DNA of 64,000 nucleotides from an uncultured Eubacteriales bacterium (GTDB lineage Bacteria; Bacillota_I; Bacilli_A; RFN20; CAG-288): NCBI GenBank assembly GCA_900316035.1, contig ONBI01000007.1, positions 988 to 64,987 of the forward strand, read 5' to 3'. Shown piece by piece: positions 59,884 to 64,000 of this stretch (position 1 is its first letter; each line of letters starts with the position of its first letter). The notes under the pieces were generated by a model. It saw only the letters and a program-made list of their open reading frames with translations, ran no database searches and was not told where the DNA came from. The position numbers and the translations under genes were made by a program.

Positions 59884-60939
59884 ATGACCGAAGAAGAAAT
59901 GTGGAAAGCTGTCGTCAACTGTGATGCTTCGTATGACAACAAGTTTTTCTATGGGGTGAAAACCACCGGTATCTATTGCCTCCCCTCTTGTAAATCCAAG
60001 ACACCGAACAGAGAAAACATCGTGTTCTTTGTTACCAAGGAAGAAGCCGAAAAAGCCGGTTTCCGTCCTTGTAAAAGATGTAGACCGGATCTGCTGGACG
60101 ATAACCCCGCTATCGGATTATCGAGGAAGAGAAAAGAGAGGATTGAACGGGATCATATGGACCGTTTAAAGCTTGCCGAAGATAGGAAAGAGATCGGAGT
60201 AAGTCAGAAACATCTGACCGAAGTCTTCAAACAGCAATACGGCATCACTCCTTCTGAATATCGGATTCAACGGAAGATGGAAACCGCGAGGAAACTATTA
60301 CAGGAAGGAAGAAGCATCCAGGAAGTTTCTCTTCTTTCCGGTTATAAGAATCTATCGGAATTCTATGATCATTTCCGTAGACAAGTAGGTATGACTCCCG
60401 CAAGATACAGAGAGATTTTTGCTAAGAACATCCGTCGAAGTGTCTTAGATACTCCGATTGGAAAGCTTCGTATCTTTGCCTCTGAGGAAGCAATTCTCGG
60501 TGTGGAAAAAGCAGAGAAAGAGAATAAAGAGGTAGGAGCAAACCTTTCTTCTCTACCTTCTGACGACATTATCACCGAGGAGGATTCCGGTAAATTAGTG
60601 GAAGCCTGTAGAGAAGAGCTGAAGGAATATTTCTCCGGCAAAAGAAAACAGTTCGATTTACCTCTGTTGCCGGAAGGAACCGACTTCCAAAAAGATGTCT
60701 GGAGTCATCTGAAGAAGATTCCCTATGGGGAAAAGAGAACCTATGGAGAGCTTGCGGATTCGATGAATCACAGCAAAGCCTATAGAGCTGTCGGCATGGC
60801 GAATCACTGCAACCCAATCTTGATTCTTATCCCTTGCCATCGTGTGATCGGAGCCGATGGAAGTCTTACGGGTTATGCCGCAGGTGTAGAAGCAAAGAAA
60901 TATTTGTTGGAATTAGAAAAAGAGAATGCTGTGAAGTAG
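59884..60939 (+). CDS. ada: bifunctional Ada-like regulator: Ada Zn-binding domain + AraC HTH + O6-methylguanine-DNA methyltransferase
   Basis: N-terminal Cys4 (C…CPSCKS…CKRC), an AraC-type HTH in the middle and a C-terminal PCHRV active site. Confidence 0.8.
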   Translation: MTEEEMWKAVVNCDASYDNKFFYGVKTTGIYCLPSCKSKTPNRENIVFFVTKEEAEKAGFRPCKRCRPDLLDDNPAIGLSRKRKERIERDHMDRLKLAEDRKEIGVSQKHLTEVFKQQYGITPSEYRIQRKMETARKLLQEGRSIQEVSLLSGYKNLSEFYDHFRRQVGMTPARYREIFAKNIRRSVLDTPIGKLRIFASEEAILGVEKAEKENKEVGANLSSLPSDDIITEEDSGKLVEACREELKEYFSGKRKQFDLPLLPEGTDFQKDVWSHLKKIPYGEKRTYGELADSMNHSKAYRAVGMANHCNPILILIPCHRVIGADGSLTGYAAGVEAKKYLLELEKENAVK

Positions 60940-60961
60940 TTTTTGGCGTAATTAAGAAACA

Positions 60962-61657
60962 ATGTCTAAAGAACCAATCCGTATAGAACTTGAAAAGCTG
61001 GCAGACGAAAAGTACCAGAAGTTCGCCTCTGATCTGTTACCTGGAGTCAACTCCGTTTTGGGTGTCCGTCTTCCCAAATTACGGGCACTAGCTAAACAAT
61101 TATCCGGTAAAGATTGGAAAGAAAACCTAGAACGTATTTCGGATAACACCCTAGAAGAAGTCATGCTTCAGGGGATGATGATCGGCTATATCCAATGCCC
61201 TACGGAAGAACGTTATTCCTTGATCCGTAATTTCGTTCCAAAGATAGATAATTGGTCTGTCTGCGATAGTTTCTGCTGTGGACTGAAGTTTATAGAATCG
61301 AATAAAGAAGAATTCTTTGTTTTCTTACAACCTTATCTAACTTCCAAGAAAGAATTCGAACAGCGTTTTGGTTGTGTGATTCTTCTCAATTACTACATTG
61401 AGAAGGATTGGATAAACAAGACTATAAAAGCTCTGACTCAGGTAAAAGCAAACGGATACTATTCCAAGATGGCGGTAGCATGGGCGTTAGCGGAATGTTA
61501 TCTTTCTTATCCTAAGAAAACTCTTCCGGTTCTGACAAAGAGAACCAAGGACAAGTGGATTCAACAGAAAGCGTTCCAGAAAATCCTGGAATCCAGAACC
61601 ATCACACAAGAACAAGAAGCAGAGATTCGAAGTTTGAAGAAATCGATTCGTTCTTAA
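60962..61657 (+). CDS. DNA alkylation repair protein (AlkD/AlkC HEAT-like repeat family)
   Basis: 231-aa helical-repeat protein directly downstream of ada (…NWSVCDSFC…). Confidence 0.6.
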   Translation: MSKEPIRIELEKLADEKYQKFASDLLPGVNSVLGVRLPKLRALAKQLSGKDWKENLERISDNTLEEVMLQGMMIGYIQCPTEERYSLIRNFVPKIDNWSVCDSFCCGLKFIESNKEEFFVFLQPYLTSKKEFEQRFGCVILLNYYIEKDWINKTIKALTQVKANGYYSKMAVAWALAECYLSYPKKTLPVLTKRTKDKWIQQKAFQKILESRTITQEQEAEIRSLKKSIRS

Positions 61658-61664
61658 CCAAAGA

Positions 61665-61706
61665 AAAAGCAGGGCCCTATCAAACGAGTCCTGCTTTCTT
61701 TGTTTT
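61665..61706. terminator. bidirectional intrinsic terminator after ada-alkD / large surface protein gene
   Basis: AGCAGG…CCTGCT stem with A-run/T-run flanks. Confidence 0.55.
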
Positions 61707-61720
61707 CAGAAAGAAATCAA

Positions 61721-64000
61721 TTAGAAGATATAGATTTCCATCTTCGGAAAGATGTAGCCGCGCTGAGAATTGACGGATTTATAGAGAGCGACTTCAATCG
61801 TACGGCCATCGCTTGAAGCTTTTGTCGCCGTTAAGGCTTTGGTGCTGTAGTGGATAGCATCTGCACCAGTGGTCCAACCAGCTTCTTCGAAGGTAGTCTT
61901 AGCTGTCGTTAAGATGGAATCATCCCAAGTCTTACCTTCGATAGCCATGGAGTCAGAACTATAGGAAGTAGTGACGGTCGGATCTAAGGATCCTAAGTAG
62001 ACATACGGGATGACTTCTTTGAAGAGAGAGTTCATCTTATCTTCGGTGTTTCCGGACCAAGCGCTAGCTTCGTCTTTATTGAAGTAAGGATAATAGTTGT
62101 AATAGATGTTCAAAGTACCGGAGACATAGGAATAGTAAGAGATATTGACATAATAGGAAACTAAGAAGAAGCCTTTGGTAGCATCTGTTTTATCGACCGG
62201 GATGCGTCCATTCAACATCCAAGAGTCATTAGCGAAGGAAGTAGAGTAACCGACCAGATCGATGGTGGCACTGCCACCGGCTTTTTCGATATCCTCTTGT
62301 GCTCTTAAAGCCCAAGTGAAATAAGGAACCGAGAGTTTCATATCCGAAAGCGAATAGGAAGACATATTGAAGCCAGTGGAATACGAATAGTTGCTTGTCG
62401 GAAGAGTAGGGACAGAGAAGTAAGGTAAATCGTAATCCGCAAACTTCTTCATCTTCGCTTTTCCATCGGCTGTCCAATCGGTGGCATTGAGGTTAGCGGC
62501 ATTCGCAGAAGAAAGAGCCGGATCATAGAAGACATCCATCTGAATCTGTGCCATATCATCGGCAGAAGTGCGATGGAGATAGACGCGTAACGAAGCACCG
62601 CTCTTCAGCTTCTTATAGGCCATGAAGGAGAAGTAGACCGTGTTACCGCCTTCCTGTACCGTCCAACCCTGGGTCTTCTCTTCACCCGCTGTTGTAGTGA
62701 AGGTAATCTTTGCTAAATCAAAGACCTGATCGGACCAACCACCACCTAACAAAGTAATATAGGAAGTGCCATCAAACTTCGATTCCGCACTCGGAGTTGC
62801 TGTTCCTAAATAGATATAAGGAAGTTCGTCTTTATCGGTATCACCGAAGACAGAAGTGAAGACTTTCTGATTATCCGCAGTCCAAGCGGTATTACCTTCC
62901 GGTTTGAAAGCATTGAGATAAGAGATCGTCATCATCGTAAAGCCATTCTTATCTTTCTGTACCTGAACTAAGAGACGATTGCCTTCGGAATCCGTACCGG
63001 TTGCCTTAAAGAGAGCAGATCCACCATTACCAACCGAAGGATTCGAAGCGACCCAACTCCAGGTGAGAGTTTTGGTCGTGCTATCGGTCGTCGTTCCTTT
63101 GAAGGTGTTAGCAAAAGCAGTCTTCAATGCACTTTCGTTCCAGGCATTACCATAGAGAGAAACGGTCCTGGTGGAAGCATTATAGGAAGAACCGACATAC
63201 GAAGAACCGAGATAAAGATACGGAACGGCATCGGTACCAAGGTTCTTCTTCAGAGAATTCTTGACATCCTCATCCCAAGCCACAACCTTGTTATCGTTAT
63301 CCCACGCTTCTTTATAGGTGAAAGTAGCAATCGCGTGTTTATCGATCTTGGAACCAGCAGTGGAATCTTGACCGCGCTGTACCGTCAGAGTGATAGCATC
63401 TCCGTTATCGTAGGTCTTAGAAGCAACGAGTTCATCTAAGGTCTGAGTCTTGATATCCCAATCTTCGAGTTCTTTATTGGCAACAGCATCGAGGATGATA
63501 TTGCGATTCCAGTCTCCACCGATGATGGTAAGAGAACGACTAGCAGCATCATAGAGAGTTGCTTCGTTAAGAGAAGCCTGTGTGTTGCTATCGACAAGGT
63601 TAAGATAGAAATAAGGAATATCGTTTCCACCGAGATACTTGGTGATGGCACTCTGGGTAGTAGCTTGATAAGCAGAACCGGAGGGAATCGATAACTTTTT
63701 GCTGTAGTTGATAGAAACACGGGCACTGCCATAGTAATCTTTACCAACGACAAGCTGGAAGAAACAACCATCTTCCATCTTCTTGGTTCCTTCGACCGTC
63801 GGACCATTGGAATCGGATCCCGCACTGACCGTCCACCCGACAGCGGTTAAAGCCTTCTTAGAATCCTTGAGCATATCTTCATGGAAGGTGATTCCGGTCA
63901 AGGTCATATAGGTATAACCATAAGCACTTGTCGTCGTCGGACCATCGACCTTAGGTTCATCGGTACCGATATAAAGGAAAGGAATCTCATGTCCGTCAAA
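61721..64000 (-). CDS. large repeat-module surface protein (C-terminal part; gene continues past window end)
   Basis: The reading frame stays open beyond the track start at 63907 through to 64000. It has at least six repeats of a ~100-aa Thr/Ser/Gly-rich module marked by [IV]P[YF][FLIV]Y[LI]G (DIPYFYLNL, AVPYLYLGSS, ELPYIYLGTA, VIPYVYLGSL, EIPFLYIGTD). Confidence 0.55.
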   Translation of the reverse strand, partial: FDGHEIPFLYIGTDEPKVDGPTTTSAYGYTYMTLTGITFHEDMLKDSKKALTAVGWTVSAGSDSNGPTVEGTKKMEDGCFFQLVVGKDYYGSARVSINYSKKLSIPSGSAYQATTQSAITKYLGGNDIPYFYLNLVDSNTQASLNEATLYDAASRSLTIIGGDWNRNIILDAVANKELEDWDIKTQTLDELVASKTYDNGDAITLTVQRGQDSTAGSKIDKHAIATFTYKEAWDNDNKVVAWDEDVKNSLKKNLGTDAVPYLYLGSSYVGSSYNASTRTVSLYGNAWNESALKTAFANTFKGTTTDSTTKTLTWSWVASNPSVGNGGSALFKATGTDSEGNRLLVQVQKDKNGFTMMTISYLNAFKPEGNTAWTADNQKVFTSVFGDTDKDELPYIYLGTATPSAESKFDGTSYITLLGGGWSDQVFDLAKITFTTTAGEEKTQGWTVQEGGNTVYFSFMAYKKLKSGASLRVYLHRTSADDMAQIQMDVFYDPALSSANAANLNATDWTADGKAKMKKFADYDLPYFSVPTLPTSNYSYSTGFNMSSYSLSDMKLSVPYFTWALRAQEDIEKAGGSATIDLVGYSTSFANDSWMLNGRIPVDKTDATKGFFLVSYYVNISYYSYVSGTLNIYYNYYPYFNKDEASAWSGNTEDKMNSLFKEVIPYVYLGSLDPTVTTSYSSDSMAIEGKTWDDSILTTAKTTFEEAGWTTGADAIHYSTKALTATKASSDGRTIEVALYKSVNSQRGYIFPKMEIYIF

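Overview
The window is a 64-kb chromosomal segment of a low-to-moderate-GC Bacillota (Firmicutes) genome, dense with housekeeping genes and read here using the standard genetic code. The gene order tadA – small SRP RNA – prfA – prmC – dnaX – ybaB – recR – tmk – holB – yaaT/ricT – rsmI resembles that of Bacilli, so a Bacilli/Erysipelotrichia-type lineage is my guess.

Recognisable content, in order:
- prfB, which carries the canonical programmed +1 frameshift site CTT TGA C, and secA.
- A GH13 alpha-glucosidase.
- A Crh-like HPr paralog.
- galU and trpS.
- An Lsa-like ARE ABC-F ATPase preceded by a 6-codon leader peptide and alternative hairpins, followed by an AbiEi/AbiEii abortive-infection pair. 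Together these form an AT-rich island.
- An NCS2 uracil/xanthine-type permease preceded by a leader ORF whose stop codon lies inside an intrinsic terminator.
- A small SRP RNA.
- A complete rnfCDGEAB operon with an unusually minimal RnfB plus an extra RnfB-N-like mini-protein.
- glpK and gpsA.
- pepF.
- uppP.
- A Wzz/Wze/LMW-PTP module.
- A CIRCE-like operator, groES and groEL.
- An ada–alkD alkylation-repair operon.
- A large repeat-module surface protein that runs off the window end.

Most worth follow-up:
1. An AT-rich two-gene insertion between rsmI and a HAD hydrolase. It encodes a Schlafen-like AlbA_2/HATPase_c_4/wHTH protein and an Arch_ATPase/DUF234 AAA+ protein, separated by three direct copies of an 18-bp motif. 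This is a candidate uncharacterised defence or regulatory module.
2. An unexplained ~820-bp non-coding stretch that is strongly strand-asymmetric (purine-rich, GGGAAG-rich on the minus strand).
3. A YjbR/MmcQ–PUA-like(EVE/ASCH) fusion protein.
4. The unusual Rnf B-subunit architecture.

No CRISPR array, tRNA, rRNA, transposase or integrase was seen.
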